From Tubulanus polymorphus (lineage: Eukaryota; Animalia; Nemertea), in NCBI RefSeq assembly GCF_964204645.1, contig NC_134026.1:24834150-24898149 (forward strand): a stretch of DNA of 64,000 bases, read 5' to 3'. A program made the position numbers and the translations under genes. The notes beneath the pieces were generated by a model. It was not told the origin of the DNA. It searched no databases and was given only the letters and a program-made list of their open reading frames with translations. Of the stretch, positions 1-13,523 are shown in pieces. The first letter of the stretch is position 1; each line of letters begins with the position of its first letter.

Positions 1-765
1 CTGGACTAAAAATAGGAATAATTCAATGCATATGAAACATTCTATTAAAACATTAACACGTATCAATCTGTATCCATGTTATTTCTATACACACCAATCA
101 TCACCGACATTAAATACACTCAAACTTTTAGTAAATGCTTGAACATTTTGCGGAGTGACTCTTTGAAGAAAGTCAATATAATCATCTGAATGAAAACGAC
201 ACATATCATGCGCCGAGGCTCTATATGGCTTATAAACCTGAAAAACAATGATAAATGTTGCTGCTGGATTATAGAATACAGACATAACGATGGAATAGTC
301 AGCTTTGTGCATTCATTCAGTAGACTCTGCCTTACTAGGTACTACTCGTCAACTTGCTCAAGCCTCAAAAGATTTTACTTAAATATTTATTTGGAGGACC
401 TCCAATCTTCCTGATTCTCAAAGTGCTCAAGTGAAATACTGAGTGTAAGGCACAGTTTACTGCAGTTCAACTTCAAGTCTTACGTTCATCTTTTTGTATA
501 AGCCATAATGTAGAACCAGACTGTGCGTTAGAGTTAACCGATGAGGTTTCATCGGATGTCCAGGACCTTAAAACGTAAGATATATTTAACTTATTACTTC
601 TCAATCAATGACCCTGCCCCGGGGCACATAACATATCATCGATTCAAACCAAAACTATTCTGAATGAAACAATCGCCACAGTCTGAATAAATTCATCATT
701 TTCTTACCATAATGAAAGTTCCCAACTTCAGGGTCAAAGAAATAGGCAACTTTTGGGTTTGACAT
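1..765 (-). CDS. HDAC3: Histone deacetylase 3, first three coding exons (gene continues beyond window start)
   Basis: ATG at 765. Spliced translation [20 protein letters not shown]|[27 protein letters not shown]|[27 protein letters not shown]...FNVGDD matches the HDAC3 N-terminus. GT-AG introns. Third exon is 237-95. Confidence 0.95.
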
Positions 766-1306
766 TTTGTCCCGTATTGTGCTGCCACCTAGCAAGCGGA
801 TGATCTACAGTTCAAAGATTTTCTTTCACTCCAAACTGCTCGAATTACGAAGCTCAGTCCATCTTGCGTTTTTGAATAGGGTTCTTTGTGATAAATACTT
901 AATATATTTACTGGTTACCGTGCGATGGTTTCGATTTACAATCAGTTATTGGAAAAATAACAACAAAGCTCAGCAGAATAGCGATCAGTAGATATTCCTA
1001 GATGGCGCCACCAGCTGGTAGTCCGATTTGGTTGAATACATTTCCTAATACTGACCAACATAAAACCGAAAGAAATAAGCGATATATAAGAGATATATAA
1101 TAAGAGCATATAACTTAAAACTATCACATATTTATTCAGAAATCAAACAAATTACTAAAATTGTGACATACATAAAGAAAAAATATCACATTCTGAGGCT
1201 GTAAGAGTCCAATTTTGTAGTTTCTATCGTTTCCAGTCCTGTGAAATCAATCGTAGCAAAATGTCATCCAATGACATACGAGCTTAATAAGTCAGATTTG
1301 TCTCCA

Positions 1307-4300
1307 TTAGCTTAATTCAAATCCTGCACCGGATTCAATGGCGTACAGAAGTTTATTTCGCATGGTTTCTTCGTCTTTAAACTCCGGCAATTTCAGAAGA
1401 TTCATACACGTACTGGCTGTAGGCAATCTGTCCTCTTCATTTCCACCGAAATGAATACAGAATGCTGGATATAAATCCTACAGAAAGAGGTTTATGAAGC
1501 TGAATTTTGCATGAACAAGTTAACAATTGCTAAAGATATGCTGTGACATTCTTGAAATACCTTGAATCCGAGCAGAGGTGGCCTCGAACAGCTGGTCACA
1601 AACTTCAGAAGTTGGGCACGTTCTTTTTGGTTGAATGTCTCGACTACTTTCCAGAAGTTACTAATCACAATATGATCAGCAGCGTATCCTCCTAAAATAA
1701 TCAGCAGTAGATTTTAATAAACCATTGACTCTGAGCGCTGCATGGTCCTTGCACAATGAGAGGTCCTCACCGGAATAATTTGTGTGCTGTTTAAGATCTT
1801 CAAGGTCAATCGGAATCTGGGCACCGGAGATCAATATCTGAAGTTCGTGTTGATCAAACATTCGTAACCATTCCAAATTGACAACATCTGCTAAACCTTG
1901 TCGAAATGCATTGCTCTGCGCTCTGATTTGTCGATTCAAGCGATAATCAGCGACTCTGTGAATATATTCTATTCTATTTATGTTCGTTACTGGTATATCG
2001 CTACCACCGGGTACGAGCTCTTCTACCTGTATGAATTAGATGAAATACGTGAGACATTTTCACATAACTGGTACGTGGGTTATTGAACACCGATAATCGT
2101 CTAAGCGTTCACCTTAGTTTCACCGAGGATACTACTGGCAACTGTAAAGTCGATCTCTAATTCTGCCACATCACCGGCATAGTTTTTCAAATACAAGAGA
2201 TTCCTAGGGAAGAATGTGAAAAATGTTCATATTACACAGAATGCAAGGCTTTCTAGGCCCAACCAAAATTGTCAACTTACTTGTAAACTTGAGGATCAAG
2301 TGAAGCCAAGTGATGGACATCAATGTCTCCGCTGTGTCGACTTAAAATCTTTGACAGGAAAAATCCAGCAAATGGCAATTCCACCAGCATATTTTCATAT
2401 AAAGCCTAGAAAATCATTTACAAGTAAACCGAAATTATGTTCAATATAACAATATCATAATTTTGATTATTCCGAAAGAAAGAAAAATAATTTTGGTCAA
2501 CATTTAAACATTACCTTGCCTAGGATGCGACCGACAAAATAGTAGTGCTGATTGAAATTTTCTAATAAAACATCCGCTTGAGGGTTTGGATAAATCAACT
2601 GATCGGTTGTAGTTTGAAAGAATCCCCTATTCGGATCGTACGCCGTCTTGATTAGTTCAGATAGAAACTCTCGAAAGATTCCTCCACCATCAATACCAGC
2701 CTCATCAAGACCTGCTGCATTTACTAATTGCACTCGCATTTTCAGTTTGAGATTTGGTTCTGGAATTAGATCGTAGAACTAGCTTTCATTTCATTGATAT
2801 AATGAAAGAATAAAAGAAGAAGAATCTATAACTGCACTATACCATTATCGGGTGACAATTTTTCAAAGGCATCTTCATAAATGTAGTTTCTTCTGATCAT
2901 AACGTTTATGAGGTTACCACTGAGAAAATTGTAACGATCTCCTTGCTGTTGATCTTTATCATTTTGAAGCAATTTCTGGAAAATCTTTATCGAAAAAATA
3001 CATTTGAAACACACCAGGAAACAACATCTTCCTAAGGCTACTATTGACATTTACTGTAAACTTACTTTTACACGCTCTTGGAATGGTACAACAAACGGCA
3101 ACTCAGTTAAGATGGTCAAATTCCGTACTTCTGTATTTGATAAGGGAGGACCTTCTTCTTCTACAAAGACATCACACGGTAATAGGATATTCAGAACTAA
3201 TGTTCAAGATCAGTTTAGATATGGAAGTAATATGACAAACCTTCAGGGCTTTGGTTCAGTAAACTAAGTGCACCAAACTGTCGACTGACAAACACTGAAT
3301 TCTGTGCTCGGTATATTTGTGATGGCTGCAAATATAAAGATACTCATCAGAATCATCCAATAAGTGAAAGATATACAATCATTTATACGCATATTATCAT
3401 GTTTAGTCAACTGACCTTGTCAGCAAATATGCTAACTCTGTTTGACAACCAATGTCGATTGGGACAAAAAGGATGTCTACTGTCTCTGGCATATAATTGT
3501 TTAACTAGCTGAGCTGTCACCTTTTCAAAGAAAACATGAATTCATGTACATAGAGTTAGTCTAAATTCTAGGATTCATGGCAATAAAGAACATTATAATA
3601 CCCGGAATACATAAGCCCATGTTGCAGTTTGAGTCTCAAGTTCTTCAGCTGTTACTGTATTACTATGAAGTCCAATTGATTTGAAGACTTTGTGATAATC
3701 TTCACGTAATGATGGTTTGGTGTCAGGATGAGCTAATTCAATTATACCAAGACAGGCATCTCGTAATGCTAAACTGATTGGAATTAACTCAGATATTGTA
3801 AATGACATGGCCGCTCGGTGAGATGATTCATCTACAAATAAATAAGTCCATGAATAAATAACTTTTAAGTGTCCTCGCGCTGACTTGGTTACAGTAAGTT
3901 ACCTTCAGCAAAGAATTCAGCATCATGAAGAGACATGATAGATGTACAGAACAATGAACAAAATAGTGATAAAACAGGAACGATTCGATCGCGATCAATG
4001 GTTGTCATGGAAAGTCCACGCGATAGCAGTTGCAGAAGAGGTGTCTCAGCTCTGAAATGAGTGAGAGAGAATTTAATTTTTCCAGTTCAGAAGTTCAAAA
4101 CCCTGGGCTAAGTTTCACAAAGTTGAGTGATGATTGAACGGAATTGTTGAAGTCGTTGAGAATGATTTTGTAGCTTCCTACTTACCCAGTAACACTGGTT
4201 GTAGTGATGGAGATGCACAATTGCCACAAACTGCGAATGAATGGCACATTAAACGCTAACGTATACAATAACCTAAATATTCAAAATATAAAAAACAAAG

Positions 4301-6579
4301 TACAATATACACATATCTTATATATCGAAGTTGAATTTTGCATTCTGGTATGACTATTATTTTCCTCACCTGTCCCGGTGGACGACGAACTTGTGTTTTG
4401 CCATCAATGTATGGCAAATTGTGCATATTGCAAAAACTACAGAAGGTGGTGGATTTTCTCTTTGTACAACGGATATAATACAGTTCACTTGCTCGGCTTC
4501 CTGTATATAGCGCAACGATTCTTCTGAACATCGTCCAAGGTTATCAGTAGGTACGTCCATCTAAAAGATTATGCAATGATCTTTGATGAAATGAACAAGC
4601 TTTTTCACACTCATTCCGGACATATTGCAATATTGTTTGAAACAAGAAGAAATACACAACCGGCAATGATTAAATTGAGGTTCACTTTTTATAGTTTTTA
4701 TATTTTCATAGACTTGTTTTTCATATTTCACATATTTACAGAAACACTTACACAGTCATCATCAGAATCATCATCGCTAGTAGCTGTATTTGCAACAAAT
4801 GATGCCTTTTTATACGGTAACTGTGGAATCAGTTGTTGTAAGATCAGTATGTACTGCCCTTTATCAACTTCCGAAAGATTATCTACAAAAGTAATTATAC
4901 GTCGATGAACGTTTGTTTTTATCTTTACTTCTGAATTACTGATTCTAATACCATATCAATGTTCACAGAGATCAACAACAACTCACCAAGATGGCTTTGA
5001 CTAAACTTCAGAACTGCATAAAGTAACCAAAGTGATGATGGAACTGTGAGACCGAAGTTCATTTGACTAGAATCTGGTGGTAGGAGGGCATGTACTATTT
5101 GTTGAAAAGGGAATTGATCATTGGCTAATGCAGGGATGAGAAAGAGGGATACTTGCTCAGAAAATGCTGAGCACAGAATGTCTTTACAAAACTGGCACAA
5201 AATAAGATTACTGAAAATAGAGAATGTGCAACCATTAATCAAACCATTTGTATTTCCATTACACAATATTATCAATATGGGTGTAATCTTACTTAGCTGG
5301 GTGATTTGTCATAGCTTTTACAACTAACAGTGGTTTCTTAATGAAATCTAAGATTGCTCCGGCGACTGGTGTCGGTGGGATAGGACTTGATTCTAAACTC
5401 GATGGTACACGATTTTCCAAGAGTTTACGCATGACCTGGAAATAACCTGTTAGGAGGAGAACAATAAATCATCTATCTGAAATTCTCGGTAGTCAATCGA
5501 ACGATATAAATGCGACTTGAGGACTTACCTTTTTCAACGAGATAAATCATTAATGAATTGACGATATTCGAGGAAAGATCAGAACTTGAGCAATGTTGTT
5601 CATAGGAGGCTGTTTTCGTAAACAATTCAAGCATCCTCATTGGAAGAGCAATAGGAGACAATAGGGCTGCTATATTACCGAGGTACCTTCAAAAATAAAG
5701 CCATTTATGATGACAGAATTTGAAAAATGCAACGATTAGATGCTAATATTACATTTTTCGTGATAGATATCTACCTGCAACATAAGCTAAGAAGTCTTTG
5801 CAATAAGTAGTAGGAACCATTTTTGTCACGACAGACACTGGCAGCTACTCCATCCTTGTATTTCAATACCAGCTGACAGAGTGAAATCTAAAAATTGTAG
5901 GTAGAAATTCATACGGATGAGTGATAGCAGAGCAAACTGACATGATCTAATTTTCATCCTTAATAGTTATGTTACCAATCTATCAGCATCAACTGCATCT
6001 TTATAGAAAAATAATAGCTTTCTCATCATTGAGAATATATCAGTGACGTCAAATTCCAGTCCGACTTTTTTCAGCTTGACCAAAAGTTCATCATATTGAT
6101 TTCGTTGATCAGTTTTCTACCGAAAGAAAAAAATACATACAATTTTCACAAAAACTTAAAATAGAACAATAGAAGTTCTTGATAACATGATTTGACTATG
6201 AAGATCTATAAAAACATACCTGTAGTTGTCGGACCAAATGACCTCGATAGAATGACTGAATTGTCAGAGCACTTGTAACATGTTTGCGATGATCCTGCAA
6301 AACTACTCCAATTAGAAAATTGATTTCTTTATAGATTCAGAAATTACAATGACAATACTCACTTCTCTTTTTTGTCTTTCTATTTGGTTCTTGAGCAGTA
6401 GTGAAGCAGTTCTTTCCTGAAATAATATTTACACGAATTGCATTCCTTCCCTATCATAATCAATTAAAACAATTGTTTGGGCTAATAAACCTTAGCCTAT
6501 ATCAAATACTGACCTGCTTACTGGCACCCGACAAAGACTGCACCGGTCTTCGTTTGTAATCACCTTCAAAACTAAACAT
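1307..6579 (-). CDS. UBE3C: HECT E3 ubiquitin ligase UBE3C (multi-exon)
   Basis: Starts [26 protein letters not shown] motif [18 protein letters not shown]-terminus [17 protein letters not shown]...[11 protein letters not shown] with catalytic Cys. Stop at 1307-1309. Confidence 0.95.
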
Positions 6580-7445
6580 TGCTAGCGGTATCCAATACCT
6601 AAAAGTAAAATCTGATAGTACTCCAGGCCTGCTCAAGTTCCCAACTTGAATATCGACGACATTATTTGTCATTTAATTGGATTGATTGATTTGAATTCAA
6701 ATTGAAAATCCAAAATAAATCAAGCTTTTTGTCTGAAATTAAATCCAGCTTTCCGAAGCTTTATGGGGAAGCTTAAGGCCTAGTATTTTTCAAAACATTC
6801 GTATTCACCGCCCTTTATTCGTGTTCAGGCTATAACATATAAAAGTTTACCTTCTATGCGAAGAATAATGTCAAATCATTCAATAATTATAATTTTGATT
6901 CCAAGGTATTTCACTGGTCACGGTTCGAACACGGAAAACGGTAAATGACGCATTATGGATTCGGACATGAGACATACTGTTGATTAGCCCAGGCGGCGAA
7001 ACCAGAGAGACTGAGAGAAATAACAGCTCAAAATAAACAACAAAAAAGAAATAATTTTTCAAATATGATTACGCAAAACTCTTTATTTTCATATTTTGTA
7101 AAAAAAAATGTATAACTCATGTCCAAGAAAGTGGACAGATGCAATTATTCAAAAAGTGAATAGAAAACAGCTGTATCTGGCAATATCACAATTAGTGCAA
7201 ATAAGCAAACGATATGTTTTATACTATTGAGTGTGTATAAGTTTAAAATTAACAAAATAGTTATTGTCTAATCATCTATCAAATAAATACTGTATCAAAA
7301 ATATACAAAAGAACACAGGGCACATACAATAATAACTGTTCTATGATTGGCACAATTGGCTATATACAGTCCCAAACAACGTAGATTAATGCTCGAGAAA
7401 CATCATCAAGACCACCAGAAAATCTACGATTTTTGTGCGGGACAT

Positions 7446-9482
7446 TTATAGTTTTGGCTTATAGCCTGCTTGTATTTTCTTTACTTTCAGCATTTGAAAC
7501 TTATTAAGTTTGAAAGGCTCTTCAAGAAGTATTTCCTCAGTCAAAGAAAGAAACATTGCACCATCTATAAGATTTTCCATGAATTTCATGGTCAAATCAC
7601 TGAGTGCATTGAACCTTAGCAATTTTGATACTTCAACTACACTCAGCGTTGATAAATCTTCAGGTATCTCATCTAGTGATCGAAAATTAGATGAAGAGCC
7701 AGCCGAACTACTGTTAATTTGATTATTGACAACAGATTCCTCGGCCTCAGGACGCTCATCAAATATTGGGATAGTATAAATATCCTCTTCTTCATTACAA
7801 TCAATGATTTCAGCCTCATGCTTTAATGGGGGAACAGTGTTCAATGGTTTATCAAATCTGATAGCCAATACTTCGTCATAAAATTCTTCCGGACTGGTTA
7901 TATCTGCTTTACTTTTAGACCTGAAAAGACCAGCCACTTTCTTTTTCAATCCTCGACTTTTCCTTCGGCGTGAATGTTCCGGCAATGGGATAGATTGTGC
8001 ATCTTGATAAATTTCAGCCATCACTCCAGACCCTGATAATGATATACTTCGTGCAGGAACAGAGGGTTTGTCCTGTAAAAATATGAAATAATAAGAGTCC
8101 GTATACTCAAAAAATAAACACTCGTCTAAAAGTGAGCCTATAAATGCTTACTGTTTTATCTCCAACATTATACTCGGCTGTATTTTCCACAGCTTCCTCC
8201 TGTAGGTCGCGGTAAACAAACGTCTGAATAGGTGGAGCTTTACCCTTAGCTGGCAGAGGAAGAACATTAGGCTCAGGTTCTTTCACCTCAGGCTTTACTG
8301 AAATAAGAAAAATTGTTGTCAGTAGGCGCTAATCATAGTTTAGAAACATAATAGTCAAATACCAGTATCTGATGTTTTACTTTTCTTTTGTGTTGGAAGC
8401 GCTGGTTTTTCTAAGCTGCTAGTATAAGATTGTATTCTAACACGATCTTCATATGGAGAAATAGCGTTCCATCTACTCAGCAGGGCAGGATTGAAGCCAA
8501 TCTTTCTCAAAACGTCCATTATTCTATTGAAATATCCTGTGAGCCGCTCATCATTGACTGCTTTAGAAAATGAAATTTCTTTAACCACTGGATCACATGC
8601 AACCAATGGAAATAAAGCAACCTCAGTAAAGTTGTGCTTGCTTGTGAATGCCTCTATCATGTCTATCGAAAGGCAACAAATTGGAGCACAAATTGCATAC
8701 TTTTGAGTGAATCTTTTCATCAGCACGAAACTTTCATTGTGAATAACTTTGGAGCTGAGCCCCGAGAGAAAGGGCATCCCTTTAAATCTTTTGAACTGGA
8801 TCCGCAGTGGAAATTGGTCAAATGTATCAAGAAGCTCTTTCAGATTGACATAGTCTGTTTCATCTGGTAAGACGGTAAAATCACCATTGAAATCTAGTGG
8901 CAGCAAAATTCTGCTGTTGTCGTTTTGAATACAACAGAGCAAAAATGCGTTCTTTCGTTGCCAAACAGGATATTCCAACAATTCCAGTACACCACCGGAC
9001 TCAATTCGGGTGTTAGATGAGGGTAATCTTATAGTTTGATTAACTTTAACAAATCTTGGCATAGGCCTATGGACGACCAATTCTGCAACTGTGTTGTAGC
9101 TATGAATTTCAGTCCGCTGTTTTAATCTCCTGACAGGTGCATCAATATCAACTGGAATGCAACACTTCTGATTATCGGGAAGGTTGGCCAGGCATTCTTC
9201 AGGTATGGCTTCTATCATTTCCTTCTGCTGAATGCCGATAAAACAGTAAACGACACCGGCATCTATGCTATCTTCATTTTCCTCGCCAAAGAAGCTATCT
9301 TCAGCTTTAACAATACATGGTAACGTGGAGCTGTCGCCACAACTGTTACTACAACTATCACCACATTCTACTTTCTTCAACAAATCAGAAAGGACAATTT
9401 TTGTCTCACCCCATGTCAACTCTTCACCCCAATCAAAAGCATTCACTGGCGAAAATTCTAATTCTGCCAAATAATCATCCAT
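7446..9482 (-). CDS. CABIT-like domain + proline/tyrosine-motif linker + C-terminal SAM domain adaptor (GAREM/Themis-like), 3 exons
   Basis: Exons 9482-8363, 8297-8152 and ~8072-7446 splice in frame. N-terminal region has CABIT-like repeats (LPCIVK, ILLPLDFNGDF, FPLRIQF). Linker has KPALP and KPSVPAR. C-terminal SAM-like segment LSVVEVSKLLR...FMENLIDGAMFLSLTEEIL. Family call is by motif recognition only. Confidence 0.7.
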
Positions 9483-9724
9483 GTCGTCGCTATCCGAGTC
9501 CCTTCATGACGATTGGACATATATTTTTAAACCAATCCGGGCGTTTTAGTTTCATTCTCGGACTTCCTGGTTCAAAATTTGTTTGACATTTAAATAACTA
9601 CGATGTTTAATAATCGATGTAATGATTAATCTGGAAGTATGTAATTCCCCGACCGGTTTTTTAATCTGCCCCGGTGTGCTCAAGGTCGTTTACCGAAGCC
9701 GACGGGCCGAAAGAAGTGAAAGTC

Positions 9725-12700
9725 ATGTACAAATTTCGTTGTTGTCTCGCCGGTCATCAAAAAGATGTTAGAGCGCTCTGCTCTATTTGTATTCCAGATG
9801 GTTCATTTGTTTCTGGATCTCGTGACCTAACGAGTCGTTTATGGAGCACATCAGGGTAAACTCACTGTTATTATTCTAACTGGTACTCTCCTCACACCAC
9901 CTAATCGAAGATTCGAATGTCTATTTCAACCTGACTTGAGACTGAGAGCATTCCAGGTGGCCTAGCTCGCTCATTTTTGGTAGTACATACCTGATAAAGG
10001 TCTTAGTAGGACCAGAGAGGACAAGCAGTCGACCTAAATCATCATTTTTAATCCATTTGAAACTGTATTGAAGGATATCCAAAAAGTCTTCACTGAAAGG
10101 GGTTGAATGAAGAGAAGTGACTCCATGATTTGAAAGTTTAACAATATGTTTCCATGCCTACGTACCAAACTTCATTTGGTAGGCATGGAGACATATGTAC
10201 AATTTCAAAATGAATTAATTTATTGTAAACCCTATAGACATAGTAAATAAAGACTAAGGGATTTGGAGCACATTGTGATATATTAGCTGGTGTTTGATCG
10301 TCTTATTATTGATATTTCAGTTCTGTATACTCAGAAGTTCAGTGTTTCAGAGGACACAGCAATTTCATATCCGCTGTTTGTTGTATGCCACCAAATGAGA
10401 AATATCCAAATGGTTTGATATTCACCGGTAGCAATGACTCTAACATACTTGCATTTTCATTAGATGCAATTGATCCATTGTACAAATTATTTGGACATAC
10501 GGATACAGGTGACTTTCTTATAACTTCCGTATTGTTACATTTTTACATCGATCTTGTATGATCTTGTGTGATGTGAATGGTGTTTATCATTGTATTTCAG
10601 TGTGTTGCCTTGCTGCCGGGAAATTTGGAACATTGATCAGTGGCTCATGGGATGCAACTGCAAAAGTGTGGCTTAATCAAAAAAATGTCATGACTTTATC
10701 AGGTGAGGTATTTATTATTGACCTCGTATCATTTATCTAGATAACTTTATTATTTCAGAAACTGTTGTTTTCAAAAAAATATACCCAAGTTGAACTGTCA
10801 TAATTTTCTTGGATTTTAGGTCATGAGGCATCAGTATGGGCTGTAGGTATTATGCCTGAGCAAGGATATATGATAACTGGTTCAGCAGATAAATCAATCA
10901 AAATTTGGAAAGCCGGGAAATGTGAACGCACATTAAAAGGTACAGTATTTGAAATCTTTTAGTTCTTGGTGCGGGTTTCGTTAACTCTAGTTGAAAAATT
11001 TTCAATGATGAATTATCTTTTATTTTTAGGTCACACAGACTGTGTTCGTGGAATTGCTGTCCTGTCAGGTGTTGAATTTTTAAGTTGTTCGAATGATGCT
11101 ACTGTAAGAAGATGGTTAATCTCCGGTGAATGTGTGCAGACTTACTACGGTCATAGTAACTTTATATATAGCATCGCCATTTTGCCGAATGGACAGGATT
11201 TTGTAACATCAGGTGAAGATAGAACAATGCGGGTGTGGAAAGGTGGAGAGTGTGTGCAGACTATCACACATCCTGCTACATCAGTGTGGACAGTATGTAC
11301 TTTATCAAATGGCGATGTCATCACTGGATCAAGGTTAGAATCATTGTAATGTCAACCATCATATTGGTACCAGGGCTTAGCATGGTTTGTAAAGTTTTTC
11401 TAAGCTCACGTCTTTTTTCAGCGATGGAATGATTCGTATATTCTCCGAATCACCGGATAGAATTGCAGAGCCGGAACAGATTCAGCAATTTGAAGAAGAA
11501 GTTTCCGCTTCAACTATCCCTAGCCAAGTAGGCGACGTGAAAATGGAAGATCTTCCCGGTCCTGAAGTTCTTACTGAACCAGGTTGGTAGGTTTGAGGTG
11601 AAACTTGTAAGTGTTAAAGGGATGATTTTATTTGCAACCATATCTTTTTAATCAGGTGAAAAGGATGGCTTTGTGAGGTTGGTTCGTGTTGATAATAAAG
11701 CTGAAGCTCATCAGTGGAACGCGGCTGAATCTAGATGGATTAAGATCGGTGATGTGACAGGCTCAAGCGGTGGCTCGCAGGAAACTTCAGGAAAAGTCCT
11801 CTATGAAGGAAAGGTAAAATAGCATTAAAATGGACAATTTCATATGTAATACTTACGATGGACAATAAGACTGTACGTATTTGATAGGAATACGATTATG
11901 TATTTGATGTGGATATTGAGGAAGGGAAACCACCCCTGAAACTGCCTTACAACCGCATTGATGACCCGTGGCATGTCGCTCAACAGTTTATTTATAAACA
12001 CAATCTCAGCCAACTATTTCTCGATCAGATAGCCAACTTCATTGTTGATAATGCTAAGGGAGGTGCTAATGTAGGATCTACTGCTCCTACACAATCTTAT
12101 GTCGATCCATTCACTGGTAAGTCAGAATTTGATTTCGGAGAATTCATTTGTTGAATATTGTGTGATAATATTCATATTGTTACCATAGGTGGTGGACGTT
12201 ATGTACCAGGTAGTTCAAGTGAGGATAATGCTGCGATTGCAGCTCGTACAAATATTGCTGATCCATTTACAGGTAAACTGAATCATTACTCGCATACTTT
12301 TCCAACATTCAGCAGAGTACATTAACGTATTATAATGTTTCAGGTGGAGGCCGTTATATCCCAGGAAGTGTGACTACCGGTAGTTCTGTAGGTAGTAATT
12401 CGGGCGGTGGTGATCCATTTACAGGTACTGTCCACTCAGTTGGATTGATTTGAGGGATTTGGATTTTCGATTGCAAATTCATGTGTATGTTATAATTTCA
12501 GGTGCTTCTAGTTACCGTACAGGTGGTTCCAGTCAAGCACAACCAGTTAATAATATCCCCAAGTATTTTCCCAAGTCTGACTACATATTTTCCGACGCTG
12601 CTAATATAGCTGCAATTGTTGGTATGTTCTTCTACATCTCAAGCCTTTTATTTTCATGATTGCCATGGTTTGTGCTTAGATCCATCTTTCACCAATTAAT

Positions 12701-13523
12701 TACAGGCAAAATGAAGGAACTTAATGAGAAGCTAGATGGCAGTCTCAGAGTAGATGCTGAATACTTCACCGAGTTATCTCGTAGTTTAGAAAATTCCAAT
12801 TTTAGCCAGAACGTTCTTCAGATTCTCAGCTCATTACTGAAATGGCCGAGGGGTGAGTAAATCGATTGAACTTGTAAGATATATATATATTATATAGAGG
12901 TATATATATTGCTATTAGATGTTCTTGTCTAAAATGACAATGAATTATTGATATTTTTAGATTCATTGTTACCTATCTTGGATGCTATTCGGTTAGCTTT
13001 GCGTACAGCGGATGCAACGAAATACTTCTTGAATCAAACATTCCTACAGTTCTTGATCAACACTATTGAAACCGATGCAGTACTGGCTAATCAGCTGCTA
13101 GCTTTACGAATTCTCGGCAACTTGTTCCGATACGATGACAGCTGTATGGTAATGGTGAATCAAAGAGACTCTGTGATATCTGCCGCATTGCATCTCAAGG
13201 AAAAGACTAATAAAAGTTTACAGATAGCTCTTAGTACCTTGCTGTTGAATTATTCAATCGCGATGACCAAATACAATCGACAGGATATGGAAGCAATGAC
13301 CCAATGTCTTTTGGCTATAACTTCTGCACTGCATACCCAAAAAGACCACGAAGCCTCTTTCCGTCTTTTGGTTAGTATTGGAAATCTTATAATGGTCCAA
13401 GACAGCGTAAAAGATCTGACAAAATCACTTGACATATTACCTCGCCTTGTTGAGCTTTCTGCTGTTAGTGAGCCGCAAAAATTAGGGAGTTGTGCTCAAA
13501 GCATATTAAAAATTATCCAATGA
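9725..13523 (+). CDS. PLAA: Phospholipase A2-activating protein (Doa1/Ufd3 orthologue): WD40-PFU-PUL
   Basis: [18 protein letters not shown] start, WD40 repeats ([16 protein letters not shown]), PFU ([22 protein letters not shown]), [12 protein letters not shown] linker, PUL armadillo-like C-terminus. Stop at 13523. Confidence 0.95.
10129..10209. repeat. Short imperfect inverted repeat (hairpin) in PLAA intron 1
   Basis: ATATGTTTCCATGCCTAC (from 10144) pairs with GTAGGCATGGAGACATAT (to 10196) with one mismatch. Inner ACCAAA/TTTGGT and outer TTTGAAA/TTTCAAA extend the stem. Confidence 0.6.

Noticed and set aside
12100-12520. Three exon-by-exon DPFTG-GGRYxPG repeats in PLAA as a novelty
   Set aside because: The same triple motif is present in vertebrate PLAA as I recall it, so it is a conserved feature.
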